Below are positions 36,721 through 49,959 of a stretch of DNA of 60,000 nucleotides, piece by piece. Under the pieces are notes generated by a model. That model did not search any database. It worked only from the letters and a program-made list of their open reading frames with translations, and was not told where the DNA came from. The stretch spans positions 172,610,001 to 172,670,000 of the forward strand of contig NC_086097.1 of NCBI RefSeq assembly GCF_963921235.1, read 5' to 3'. The stretch's first letter is position 1. The number at the start of each line of letters is the position of its first letter. The stretch is from Mobula hypostoma. Taxonomy: Eukaryota. A program made the position numbers and the translations under genes.

Positions 36721-37462
36721 ATGATTTGTTGCATGCTTGATCCGTGTGACTTTTGGGTATCAAGGAAACAGGGTTGATAGATAGACAACTCAACATAAGT
36801 AGGGCATTCTTGCAGAATCCAGAAGAGTCTGGACAAAATCGTCAAGATATTTAGCGAATGTCATTTAGACACTGAAATCAAGCCAGATTTATGCAGTGAC
36901 TGCCTTCTAATTAAATCTCAACCGAGAATATACGAGGCAAGCTGTTTTGTCAATTTACTGTAATGGGAGGAAAAGGATACAATTTATCTGAGATTGGGAA
37001 TATATCGGCATCAGTAACACAGATAATTACTGTGGTTAAGGACATCTTTATTAACAATGGGGCTCAGTAATAACACAGCCACTTTATCTCAGTAATTGAC
37101 AAGGATAAGAACAGAGTAGCTGCAGGGGTATATAATAGGAACAGCTTGACTTAAAATTTAACAATTCCAAAAAAAATCTCAGTTCATTCAGATCTTTGGC
37201 AAATGATAGAGAGATCCAATAAAGAAAGAGGCCATTTAGCTCAAGTACATTAAGGGGATGATAGCACAGTTTTTAGGCTATAAGATTATTCGCCAGAGTC
37301 CTGAAGTGTTGATATACGGTAACTGGAGAAATTAAATTTAATTAACTAAATATACCAGAAATACAAAACAGAAAAATGCAAGTTTCAGTCATGATAACTA
37401 CAAACCTTGTGAGTCAAAGCAACCCAATGTCCTACAGGGAAGAAAATCTGTTGCTCTTATTT

Positions 37463-37762
37463 TAGTTATTTAGGGATACAACGTGGAATAGGCATTTCTG
37501 TCCCTTCGAGCTGCACCGTCCCAGCAAACCCCAACAAACCAGATTAACCCTAAGCTGATCATGGGACAATTTACAGCAACCAATTAACCTACTCAGTACA
37601 TCCTCAGACTGTGAGAGGAAACTGGAACACCTGGAAACAACGCACGCATTCCTTGTCAAGGACGAAAAGCCTCCTTACAGACGGTGCCTGAGTTGAACTC
37701 CAAGCTCTGAATACCCCATGCTATAATAGTGTTGTGCTATCCATTGCACTACCATGGCTCCC
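37463..37762 (-). mobile_element. V-SINE (HE1-like) inserted into an LF-SINE-like element
   Basis: 'gggacaatttacagcaaccaattaacctac...ctgtgagaggaaactggaacacctgg' is the reverse complement of the V domain. Confidence 0.8.
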
Positions 37763-38180
37763 CTGGTTTCGTCAGTATGTGACTGTAGACCAACCGATGT
37801 GATTGACTTGCATTTGCCCTCTACGTTCAGAGACAGTTATCAATGGACAATAAATGCCAGCAGTGCCCACATCCTGTGTACAAACAACACTTGAAAATCC
37901 TCTTTGTGTCTTTGCTGGATCTTTGAAATAAACTTTCTAAACAAATTCCACTCCCTGCACTTTCTACGTGGATCTGGATTAATTTCCTTTTCATGTGTTT
38001 CTTCCATTTCTTTGAGGGTGTTACTTTTTAATCTGCTTTGGTCAGTTTTGTGGATGCTCCAGAATCCAGTTCAGTGAATCAAACAATTTCTGCCATTGCT
38101 TCACTGGCTTTGAGCTATTGTTTAATATCTGCTTCCCTCAAACATGGTTTCCTGTTCTGTCACTGGGATAACTTTACATT

Positions 38181-41100
38181 TAGACCTTAAGACCATAAGA
38201 CAAAGGAGCAGAAGTCAGCCATTCAGCCCATCGACTCTGCTCCGCCATTTTATCATGAGCTGATCCATTCTCCCATTTAGCCCCACTCCCTCACCTTCTC
38301 ACCATAACCTTTGATGCCCTGGCTACTCAGATACCTATCAATCTCTGCCTTAAATACACCCAATGTCTGGGCCTCCACTGCCACCTGTGGCAACAAATTC
38401 CATAGATTCACCACCCTCTGGCTAAAAAAATTTCTTCGCATTTCTGTTCTGAATGGGTGCCCTTCAATCCTTAAGTCATGCCCTCTCATACTAGACTCCC
38501 CCATCATGGGAAACAACTTTGCCACATCCACTCTGTCCATGCCTTTCAACATTCGAAATGTTTCTATAAGGTCTCCTCTCATTCTTCTAAACTCCAAGGA
38601 ATGCAGTCCAAGAGCGGATAAACGTTCCTCATATGTTAACCCTCTCATTCCCGGAATCATTCTAGTGAATCTTCTCTGTACCCTCTCCAACGTCAGCACA
38701 TCCTTTCTTAAATAAAGAGACCAAAACAGCCCACAGTACTCCAAGTGAGGACTCACCAGCGCCTTATAGAGCCTCAACATCACATCCCTGCTCCTATACT
38801 CAATTCCTCTAGAAATGAATGCCAACATTGCATTCGCCTTCTTCACCACCGACTCAACCTGGAGGTTAACCTGAAGGGTACCCTGTACAAGGACTCCCAA
38901 GTCCCGTTGCATCTCAGAACTTTGAATTCTTTCCCTATTTAAGTAATAGTCTGCCCCTTTATTTCTTCTGCCAAAGTGCATAACCATACACTTTCCAACA
39001 TTGTATTTCATTTGACACTTCTTTGCCCATTCTTCCAATCTATCCAAGTCTCTCTGCAGACTCTCTGTTTCCTCAGCACTACCAGCCCCTCCACCTATCT
39101 TTGAATTGTCAGCAAACTTAGCCACAAAGCCATCGATTCCATAATCCAAATCGTTCATGTACAATGTAAAAAGAAGCGGCCCCAACACGAACCCCTGTGG
39201 AACACCACTGGTAACCCGCAGCCAACCAGAACAGGATCCCTTTATTCCCACTCTCTGTTTCCTGCCAATCAGCCAATGCTCTATCCACGTATGTAACTTT
39301 CCCGTAATTCCATGAGCTCTTATCTTGTTAAGTAGCCTCATGTGTGGCACCTTGTCAAAGGCCTTCTGAAAATCCAAATATACAACATCCACTACATCTC
39401 CCTTGTCTAGCCTACTTGTAATTTCCTCAAAAAATTGTAACAGGTTTGTCAGGCAGGGTTTTCCTTTAAGGAATCCATGCTGAGTTCTGCCTATCTTGTC
39501 ATATGCCTCCAGGTACTCTGTAACTTCATCCTTGACAATCGACTCCAACAACTTCCCAACCACCGATGTCAAGCTAACAGGTCTATAATTTCCTTTTTGA
39601 TTCCTTGCCCCCTTCTTAAAATAGCGGAATGATATTTGCAATCTTCCAGTCCTCCGGAACCATGCCAGAATCTATCGACTTTTGAAAGATCATTGCTAAT
39701 GCCTCCACAATCTCCACAGCTACTTCCTTCAGAACATGAGGGTGCATTCCATCTGGTCCGGGAGATTTATCTACCTTTAGACTATTCAGTTTCCTGGGTA
39801 CTTTCTCTGTCGTAATTGTGACTGCGCACACTTCTCTTCCCTGCCACCCTTGAGTGTCTGGTACACTGCTGATGTCTTCCTCAGTGAAGACTGATGCAAA
39901 ATACTCGTTCAGTTCCTCCGCCATCTCCTTATCTCCCATTACAATTTCTCCAGCATCACTTTCAATCAGTCTTATATCTACTCTCACCTGTCTTTTACTC
40001 CTTATATACTTGAAAAAGCTTTTAGTATCCTCTTTGATATTATTTGCCAGCTTCCTTTCATAGTTAATCTTTTCCCTCTTAATCACCTTCTTAGTTTCCT
40101 TCTGTAAGGTTTTAAAAACTTCCCAATCCTCTGTCTTCCCACCAATTTTTGCTTCCTTGTATGCCCTCTCCTTTGCTTTAACTTTGGCTTTGACTTCTCT
40201 TGTCAGCCACAGTTGCATCCTTTTTTCATTCAAAAATTCTTTCTTTTTTGGAATATACCTTTCTTGCAGCTTCCTCACTTCTCGCATAAACTCCAGCCAC
40301 TGCTGCTCTGCCATCCTTCCCACCACTGTCCCTCTCCAGTCAACTTTGGCCAGTTCCTCTCTCATGCCACTATAATTTCCTTTACTCCACTGGAATACCG
40401 ACACATCAGATTTTGGCTTCTCTTTTTCAAATTTCATAGTGAACTCAATCATGTTATGATCACTGCCTCCTAAGGGTTCCTTCACCTCAATCACTCTAAT
40501 CACCTCTGGGTCATTACACAATACCCAATCTAGTACAGCCGATCCCTTTGTGGGCTCAACAACAAGCTGTTCTAAAAAGCCACCTCACAGACATTCTACA
40601 AATTCTCTCTCTTGAGATCCAGTGCTGACCTGATTTTTCCTTTCTACTCGCATGTTAAAATCCCCCACAATTATCATAACACTGCCCTTCTGACAAGCCT
40701 TTTCTATTTCCAGTTGTAATTTGTAGTCCACATCCCTGCAGCTGTTTGGAGGCCTATAAATAACTGCCATCAGGGTACTTTTACCCCTGCTATTTCTTAG
40801 CTCAACCCATAAAAATTCTGCACCTTCCAATCCTATGTCACCTTCTTCTAATGATTTAATATAATTTCTTACCAATAAAGCCACGCCTCCCCCTCTGCCT
40901 ACCTTCCTATCCTTCTGATACACCGTGTATCCTTGGACATTCAGCTCCCAGAGACATGCATCCTTTAGCCACATCTCAGTGATGGCCACAATATCACACC
41001 TGCCAATCTGTAGCTGTACGACAAGATCATCTTATTCCTTATGCTGCGTGCATTTAAGTATAACACCTTAGGACCAGTATTTGGTATTTTTCACTTTGAT

Positions 41101-42600
41101 TTCACTGTAACTTTATTGCACTGCATCTCACCCCAATGGCTACAAATTTGCCCCATCACCTGCCTGTCTTTCCTGACATCTTTACTGCTCACTATCTTAG
41201 ATTTATTTCTGTTTTTCCCTTCCTCTGCTCTATCATTCCGGTTCCCATCCCAATGCCAAATTAGTTTAAACCCTCCCTAACAGCTCTATTAAACCTTCCC
41301 GCCAGGATATTGGTCCCCTTCGGGTTCAGATGTAACCTGTCATTTTGAACAGGTCATACTTCCCCCAGGCGAGATCCCAATTATCCAAGAATCTGAAGCC
41401 CTGCCCCCTGCACCAGTCTCTCAGCCACGCATTCATCTGCCTGATCCTACTATTCTTGTCCTCGCTAGCACGTGGCACAGGTAGCAATCCCGAGATTACT
41501 ACCCTGGAGGTCCTGCTTCTCAGCTTCCTTCTTCACTCCCAGAAATCTCTCTTCAGGACCTCCTCCTTTGTCCTATCTATGTCATTGGTACCAACATGTA
41601 CCAAGACAACTGGCTGCTCACCCTCCCCCTTCAGAATATTCTGGACCCGATCCGAGGCGTCCCGTACCCTGGCACCTGGGAGGCAACACACCATGCGGGT
41701 ATCTCTATCAAGCTCACAGAATCTCCTGTCTGTTCCCCTGACTGTGGAATCCCCTATGACTACCGCATTCCTCTTCTTCCTCCTTCCCTCCTGCACAACA
41801 GCGGCAGGCTCAGTGCCAGAGACCCGGTCACCATGGGTGTCCCCTGTCAGGTCATCCCCCTCAACAGCATCTAGAACAAGATACTTGTTGCTGAGGGGGA
41901 CAGCCACAGGTGTACTCTCCACTATCCAAGCATTTTCCTTCCCTGTCCTGACAGTCACCCAGTTTTCTGACCCCTATAGCCTAGGGATGACTACCTCCCT
42001 GTAGCTCCTGTCTATCGCTTCTTCACTTTCCCTGATAAGCAGTAGGTCATCAAGCTCCAGCTCCAGATCCCTAACACGGTCTCTGAGAAGCTGCAACTCG
42101 GTGCACCTGGAGCAGATGCGGCCATCAGGGAGGCTGGAGGTCTCCCAGGATTCCCACATCTGACACCCTGAACAAAGCACTAACCCTGCAGGCATGCTAT
42201 CTAATTCTACAGGAATGAAACAGGAAAAATAAGTCTACTCACCCACTTACCTCGCCAAACAGATGAACTTTTTAAACCGTTAGCTCATACCATTAGCTGT
42301 GTGAGCCCTGCTGTTCCTGTCTGTCCGGGTCGATTCACCAAGGGAGGGGGGGAAGAGTTGGTACTTCGCTCTCGCCTCTTCCTGTTTACCACCGAAGCCC
42401 GTTGAAGCCAAAGCCCTACACTCTGCTACCACTCACTCTGCTGTCCGCTCTGACAGCTGCCTGCTGTATAGGGTGGTCTCCTTTTTAAACTCTCTGCGCT
42501 GTCCTGTTACGTCACGTGCCTGCGCAGTCTCGTCCTTCTTGCACTCAAAGAAGTTTTTTAAAAAACTGCCTTCCTTCAGAATTCAGCTCCCACGCCGCTC
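38181..42600 (-). mobile_element. Near-full-length CR1 LINE with 5' UTR
   Basis: ORF1 (~42195-41278; CSGC..CSRC, VIGDS, HVGTND) and ORF2 (~41060-38277; APE plus RT); (TCTTATGG)-type tail at ~38181. Confidence 0.95.
38277..41060 (-). pseudogene. CR1 ORF2 (APE-RT), disrupted
   Basis: ORF pieces of 134, 301 and 454 aa; stop at 40585 and frameshift near 39620-39640. Confidence 0.92.
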
Positions 42601-42649
42601 TGTTGTCCCGAGCCAAAAGTTTATAGTCAAGTTGGATTATTCTTTAGTC

Positions 42650-42970
42650 CAGCCAACTCCATTGTCTTCTATCCTCTCCTGTCAGATTCCCCCTTCTCCA
42701 GCCCTTGATCTCTTTCACCAGTTAACCTACAATCTCTTTACTTCACTCCTATTCCTCCTTCTGGTTTCATCTATCGCCTGCCACTTCTTCCTCCCCTCCC
42801 CCCACCTTCTTATTCTGACTTCTCCCTTTCCTTTCCAGTCCTGAAGAAGGGTCTTTCCCCAAGAAGTTGACCATTTACTCTTTTCCATAGATGCTGCCTG
42901 GCCTGTTGAGCTCTTCCAGCATCTTGTGTGTGTTGCTTTGGATATTCAGCATCTGCAGATATTCTCATAT
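42650..42970 (+). mobile_element. Penelope-like 3' UTR and terminal repeat
   Basis: Pyrimidine-rich UTR matching the reverse complement of 20560-20880. Confidence 0.8.
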
Positions 42971-45005
42971 CTATTAAAAACTTACTTCTCCACTCCCCAG
43001 ACTCTCCAGAAAACCCCTGTCCCATGGTGATCTCCTATACCCCTCTCTAAGACGTCCTTCCTGAATTATAGTGGCAACGTTCCACTGACAGCCAAACTGA
43101 GAAACTTATAAATATCTTGCACAACTTTCCTGTGACCTGCTGAGTTCCTCCAGCAGTTTGTCTTTAGCACTGATAAGAGAGTCAGTGAAGACAGAAAAGG
43201 AATTTGCTTCATATCAAAATATGTGTTTCTTCTATTTATAAGTCTCTCAAGTAAATGTGAACATATATTTATTATCAACCAGCCACAGGGGTACTCTGTA
43301 CTGGCTGTCCATTTTCCTTTCCTCTCACAGTCACCCAGTTGCCTACCTCCTGCAAACTAGGGGCAACTACCTCCCTGTAATATTACCATAATTAATAACT
43401 AATAGGATGCATTTAAAAAACACAAATTAACATGTAAAAAGTATAACACTACTGACACTTCATACATGATGAAACCTGGGTATTGGAAGGGAGTTCAGTA
43501 ATTCCACAGCCTGGGGAAAGAAGTTGTTTCACAGCAAACCCCATTCGTGTAGGCACAAGGAGGAAAAGGCATAATTTGATTATGAAGACTATTGGAAGGA
43601 CTGGCCAGGTTTTCTCCATGTGTAAAGAGTAAAGAAGCCAGTGGCCTTCTTACTCATTTTTTGATTTTCTGTTGCGGTTATACATTCAGAAAGTTTGAGG
43701 AAGGAATTGGGCAATTTTCCAATTTTTCGGCAGCCCATCCTTTTGTGAAGCACTATTCCAGCTGCTTGACTTTCCACCTGGGGATTATGCTGTCATCAGC
43801 AGATGGATGCTGGTACCTCGTGTGTGCAGTTCTGCTCAGTCTTTAGAGGAAGGAGGTGAAGGCTTTGAAGAGGTGCAGAAGAGATTGGCCACGACGCTGC
43901 CTGGATTATCAGTTATAAGGAGAAGTTGGACAAACTTTGTCGTAGTTTTGAATGAAAAGTGAAATATTTAGGAGGGATCTGAGGGGGAACTTCATCACTC
44001 GGAGGGCGTGGAATGAACTGCCAGTGGAAGTGGTTCAAGTAGAACCTTTAAGAGACATATAAAATGAAGCAGTCCCAATGCAGAACCTGTGGAACACTAG
44101 CATTAACTGGCAGCCAGGCAGGAAAAGGTCCCTTTATTCCTACTCTTTGCCTCCTGCGAATCAGCCAATGCTCTGACGATGCTAATATCTTTCCTTTAAT
44201 ACCATTGGCTCTTTACTTGTTAACTAGCCTCATGTGAGGCACCTTGTCAAAGGCCTTCTGAAAATCCAAGTACACAACATCCATCAATTCTTCTTTGTCT
44301 ACCCTGCTTGTTATTTCCTCAAATAATTCCAACTGATTTGCCAAGCATGATTTTCCCTCAAGGCAACCATGCTGACTTCGGCCTATTTTATCATGTGTCT
44401 CCAAGTACTCCAAAACAACACCTTTAACAATCGACTCCAACTTCTTCCCAACCCTCTGTTGGTTTTCAAAAGCTTCCCAATCCTCTATCTTCCCATTAAT
44501 TTTTGCTCTATTATATGTCCTCTCTTTGAATTTTATATTGGCTTTGACTTTCATTGTCAGCGGCGGTAGCATCATCCTGCCTTTAGAGTATTACTTCTTC
44601 TTTGGGATGTATCTATCCTGCATCTTCCAAATTGTTCCCAGAGACTCCAGCCATTTCTGTTCTGCTGTTGTTCCTGCTTGTGACCCATTCCAATCAATTT
44701 TGGCCAGCTCCTCTCTCATGGCTCTGTAGTTCCCATTACTCGACTGTAATACGGATACATCTGACTTTAGCTTCTCCTTCTCAAATTTCAGGATGAATTC
44801 TTTTATATTATGATCACTTGCCCTAAGGTTTTTCTTACCTTAAGCTCTCTAATCAATTCCAGTTCATTTCACAACACCCAATCCTGAATAGCTGATCCCC
44901 TGTGAGCTACTCTATCAAGCAATCTTGTAGGTGTTCTACAAATTGTCCCTCTGGGAATCTAGCACTAACCTTATTTTACCAATCTACCTACATATTGAAA
45001 TTCCC

Positions 45006-45105
45006 GCAACACACATCAAAGTTGCTGGTGAACGCAGCAGGCCAGGCAGCATCTCTAGGAAGAGGTGCAGTCGACATTTCAGGCTGAGACCCTTCGTCAG
45101 GTTTT
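45006..45105 (-). mobile_element. 100-bp Penelope-like terminal insertion with a hammerhead motif
   Basis: 13-bp TSD TATTGAAATTCCC at 44993-45005 and 45106-45118. Confidence 0.88.
45070..45101 (-). ncRNA. Minimal type I hammerhead ribozyme core
   Basis: The minus strand reads c-CTGACGA-a-ggg-tctcag-cct-GAAA-t-GTC-gac: CUGANGA, stem II, GAAA, GUC. Confidence 0.65.
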
Positions 45106-48100
45106 TATTGAAATTCCCCATGGCTCTCATAACATTGCCCTTATGACATGCTTTTCATATCTCCCATTATAATTTGTATCCTACATCTTTGCTAATGTTC
45201 AGAGGTCAGTATATAACTCCAATCAGGGTTTTTTAAACTTGCAGTTTCTTAGTTCCACTCACAACGATTTTACACCTTCCAATCCTATGTCACCTCTTTC
45301 TAAGGATTTGATCTGATTTTTTTTTACCAAAAGAGCCACACCATCCCCTTTCCCTACTTGCCTGTCCTTCCAATAGAATGTGTATCCTTTTGATGTTAAG
45401 CTCCCAGCTATAATTTTCTTTCAGCCACAATTCAGTGATGCCCATAATGTCATACATGCCAATTTGTAACTGTGCAACTTCATCTACCTTATTCCATACT
45501 GCATGCATTCAAATATAACACAATTTTGCTCTCCTTTAACATTGCAACTCATCCCATTGACTGCAATGTTGCCCTATCACCATCCTCTTCTTCCTAGCAG
45601 TCTCATTCCACACTGCCTCTGTTTGTAAACCAAATATCCCATCCTCAACCCTTTCACTTTGATTCCCATTCCCTGCCAAATTAGTTTAAGTTCTCTTGAA
45701 CGGTTCTAGCAAACCTACCAGCAAGGACGTTGGTCCTCCTCGGGTTCAAGTACAACCCGTCCTTTTTTTACAGGTTGTAGCTTCCCTAGATGAGATTCCA
45801 ATGATCCAGAAATCTGAAACCCTGTCCCCTCCACCAATTCCTCAGCCATGCATTCATCTAGCAAATCATGCTATTCTTACCCTCACTGGTGTATGGCACA
45901 GGCAGCAATCCGGAGATTACTACCCTGGAGGACCTGCTTTTCAGCTTTCTACCTAATTCCTTAAAAGCTCTCTTCAGGACCTCCTTACCTTTCCTGCCTA
46001 TGTCATTGGTACCAATATGTACCAAGACTTTTGGCTGCTCATCTTCTCCCTTTACAATGCCATGTACCAGATCCGAGACATTCCTAACCCTAGCATCTGA
46101 GAGGCAACATTCTATCTGGGTGTTTCTATTGCGCCCACCGAATCTCGTCTTTATTCCTCTCACTATGGAATCTCCTGTCACTACTGCAGTCTTCTTTACC
46201 TCTCTTCTCTTCTGAGCCGTGGCACCACAGCCCGGTCACTGTGGCTCTTCTTCCCATCCCCGGTAGGATGTCCCCCTGAACAGTATCCAAAATGTAAGCT
46301 TCTATTGACCAGCCACAGGGGTACTCTGTACTGGCTATCCATTTCCCCTTCTTTTCCTAACAGTCACCTGTTGCCTGCCTCCTGCAAGCTAGGGGTGATT
46401 ATCTCCCTGTAATAGTACCACAAATAAAATAATAACTGATAAGATACATTAAAAAAAAACACAGGTTAAAATGTAAGCAGTATAACACTACTGATGCTTC
46501 ATATGTGATGTAACCTGGGTATTGGAAAGGAGTTCAGTAATTTCACAGCCTGGGGGAAGAAGTTGTTTCACATCCTAACAGTCCTTGCACTAATGCTATA
46601 TCACCTCCTGAATGATGGTAGATGTAAAAGAGATTCAAAGAGAGGGATCATTGATAATGCTAAGGGCCATGCGTATGCAATGCTCATGATAAATATCTCA
46701 GATGGGTGGAAGAAAGGCTCCAGATGATCCTCTCAGCAGTCCTGGCAATCCTTTGTAGAGTCTTGCAGTCAGATGCCTTGTAATTCCCTTTCAAATCATT
46801 GCAAGGAACTTCAATCCAGCTTGTTCAAAGAAATATCAGACCAATTATCATCAATATATCAACTACAGCACCAGGGCCCCAACACACTGGACCAATGTAC
46901 CTATATTAGGAATTCCTACCACTCTATCCCTAGACCATATTTCATGAAATCTGTTTATCTGATTGTCTTCCTCTTACCTGCATACAGGCAGAGGCTAAAG
47001 AGTAAGGCTACAGAAGTAAGGAAAACAAAGGAGTGGTCGTGGGAAGCAGCAGAGTGGCTATGGGATTGCTTTGAGTCAGTAAACTGGGCCATAATCTAAG
47101 ACTCATTGTGACAACATCACTATCACTGGCGGAACCAAACGTGGTGACAAATCAGCATATAGGAAGGAGATTGAAAATCTGACTGAGAACAACATCTCAC
47201 TCAATATCAGCAAGACCAATGAACAGATTATTTACTTCAGGAGGAAGAAACTAGAGGTCCATGATCCAGTTCTCATTGGAGGATCAGAGGTGAAGAAGAT
47301 CAGCAGTTTTAATTTCCTTGGTGTTATCATTTCAGAGGACCTGTCGTGTGACCAGGGTGTAAGTGCCATTGAAAAAGCACAACAGTGCCTCCACTTTCTT
47401 AGAAGTTTGTGAAGATCCATCACGTCATCAAAAACTTTGACAAACTTCTACAGATGTGTGGTGGAGAAGATATTGACTAGTTGCATCACAGCCTGGTATG
47501 GAAACACCAATGCCCTTGAATAGAAAATCCTGCAAAAGGTAGTGGATACATCCTAGTCCATCATGGATGAAGTCCTTCCACCAGTGATCACATCTTCATG
47601 GAGCACTGTCACAGGAAAGCAGCATCCATCATTGAGGACCCCCACTATTCAGGCCATGTTCTTTTCTCACTGCTACTATCAATAGAAGGTACAGAAGTCT
47701 CAGCACCCACATCACCTGGTTCAGGAACAGTTATTATCCCTCAACCATCAGGTTCTTGAACTGTGGTGTAAAATTCAAAGTTCAGAGTAAATTCATTCTC
47801 AATGTACATATATGTATACTACAGTTGCCCTGGACTTTATGAAGTCAGTCGTGGACAAGTGTGTTTCCACAAAGTCATTCAGAGTCTTCACCAACAAGAA
47901 GCCCTGGATGATCCAAGTGATCTGCATTCTGCTGAGGGCTAGATTAGTGGCGTTCAGGTTTGGTGACTAAGTTAAAAAACAAGAGGTTTAGGTATGACCT
48001 CTGGAAAGTCATCTCACATGCAAAGTGGCAATCTGGACCAAACTTGAATCACAGAAGGATGCTGAACAGCTGTGGCAAGGTTTGAACGCCATCACCTCCT

Positions 48101-49425
48101 ACAGAGTGAAACTAAACAACATATGTGATAATAAGGGTTCACTACAGATGAGCTCAATGCCTTTTATGCTCACTTTGACTGTCAGAACAGGGAGGGACCT
48201 TCACATACTCCCACACTCCCTGATGACACCGTGATTTCAGTCTCTGAGGCCAACGTGAGAGCATCCTTCAAGAGGGTGAACTCACGGAAAGCTTCTAGCC
48301 TAGATACGGTACCTGGCCTAGTAGTGAAAGACCTATGTTGATCAACTGGCTGGAGGGGTCACTGATATATTTAACCTCTTGATTCGGCAGTCTGGGGAAC
48401 CCACGTGTTTCAAGTAGGCTTGAAATATACCGGTGCTCAGAAAGAATATAGTAACCTCCCTCAATGACTATCACCTATTTGTACTTCCATCCACTCTGAT
48501 GAAGTTCTTTGAAAGGTTGGTGATGAAACACATCAACTCTTGCCTGAGAAGTGACTTGGATCCTCTCCAATTTGCCTACCGGCACAACAGATCCACAGTA
48601 GATGCCATTTCATTAGCTTTTCATTCAAGTTTGGAACATCTAGACAGTGAAGCTGCATACATCAGGATGTTCTTTATTGACTACAGCTCTGCATTCAATG
48701 CTATCATCCCCTCAAAACTAATCAATAAGCTGCAAGACCTAAGCCTCAATAACTACTTATGCAACTGGATCCTCGGAGCTGATTATTAACTTCAGGAGGA
48801 AGAAACCAGAGGCCCATGAATCAGTCCTCACCAGAGGATCAGGGGTGGAGGGGGTCAGCAGTTTTAAATTCCCTGATATTATCATTTCAGAGGACCTGCT
48901 CTGGATCCAGCACGTAAGTGTTATTACAAAGAAAGTATGGCAGCACCTGTACTTCCTTAGAAGTTTGCGAAGATTCAGCATGTCATCTAAATTTTTGAAA
49001 AACTTCTTTAAATGTGTAGTGGAGAGTATATTGAGTAGTTGCATCACAGCCTGGTTTGGAAACACCAATGCCCTTGAACAGAAAATCTGACCGAAAGTAA
49101 TAGATACATCCCAGTCCATCACAGGTAAAGCCCTCCCCAGCATTGAGCACATCTGTAAGTAGTGATGACACAGGAAAGCAGCATCCATCACCAGGGACTC
49201 CCACCTCTCTTCTCACTGCTGCCATCAGGAAGGAGGTCCAAGAGCCTCAGGACCCACACCACCAGGTTCACCGATATCTTGAACAGTTATTACCCCTCAA
49301 CCATCAGGCTCTTGGATCAATGGGGATAATTTCACTCAATTTCACTCACCCCAACATTGAACGGTTCCCACAACCAATTAACTCACTTTCAAGGACTCTT
49401 CATCTCACGTTCTTAATATTTATTG

Positions 49426-49426
<1 letters not shown>

Positions 49427-49471
<45 letters not shown>
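49427..49471. repeat. (TAT)n microsatellite in a Rex 3' UTR
   Basis: Read directly from the sequence. Confidence 0.95.
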
Positions 49472-49474
<3 letters not shown>

Positions 49475-49606
49475 GTACTTGTACAGTTTCTTGTCTTTTG
49501 CACCTTGGTTCCTTTTCCATCCTGTTGGGTGTGTTTTTTCATTGATACTATTGTGTTTCTTTATATTTACTGTGAATGTCTGAAAGAAAACGTATATGGT
49601 GACATA

Positions 49607-49927
49607 CGAGGGGTAATTGATAAGTCCATGGCATAAGGTAGAAGGAGGTGCGTTATACAGCTCTCGTTACATGCACGTGCAGTTCAACTCTTTGAGTGAT
49701 TATGCAGAAAGTTTGAAGTTAATAACTCACCTCCTTCTACCTTAGGCCACGAACTTATCAATCACCCCGGCTGTGGACACTTTCTGGAGGTCCAAGATCC
49801 GTATGCTCCATGACTGCTGGACTAAGTGTGTAAATGGAGGAGGGGACTATGTTGAAAAATATATGTGCTAGGTTTTCTAAAATTGACTCCTTCTACCTTA
49901 GGCCATGAACTTATCAATCACCCCTCC
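49607..49927 (+). mobile_element. Mariner-derived MITE
   Basis: TA TSD (49605-49606, 49928-49929); ~40-bp TIRs CGAGGGGTAATTGATAAGT..AAGGTAGAAGGAG; transposase C-terminal remnant WTKCVNGGGDYVEK. Confidence 0.9.
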
Positions 49928-49959
49928 TATCTGTGCTTTGATAATAAATTTAGTTTGAA

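Larger units (their letters stand above)
44055..46410 (-). mobile_element. Decayed, internally deleted CR1 (ORF1 esterase, APE, part of RT)
   Basis: GDSIVRG, HIGTND, GITELWL and LDFQKAFDKVPH. Confidence 0.9.

Noticed and set aside
43589..43846. Possible host exon (minus-strand AG at ~43778 to GTAAG at ~43653, open in one frame)
   Set aside because: The acceptor lacks a good pyrimidine tract, the peptide is unrecognisable, and no partner exons were found. RNA-seq would be needed.
49143..49583. Poly-tyrosine ORF
   Set aside because: It results from a (TAT)n microsatellite in a LINE 3' UTR.
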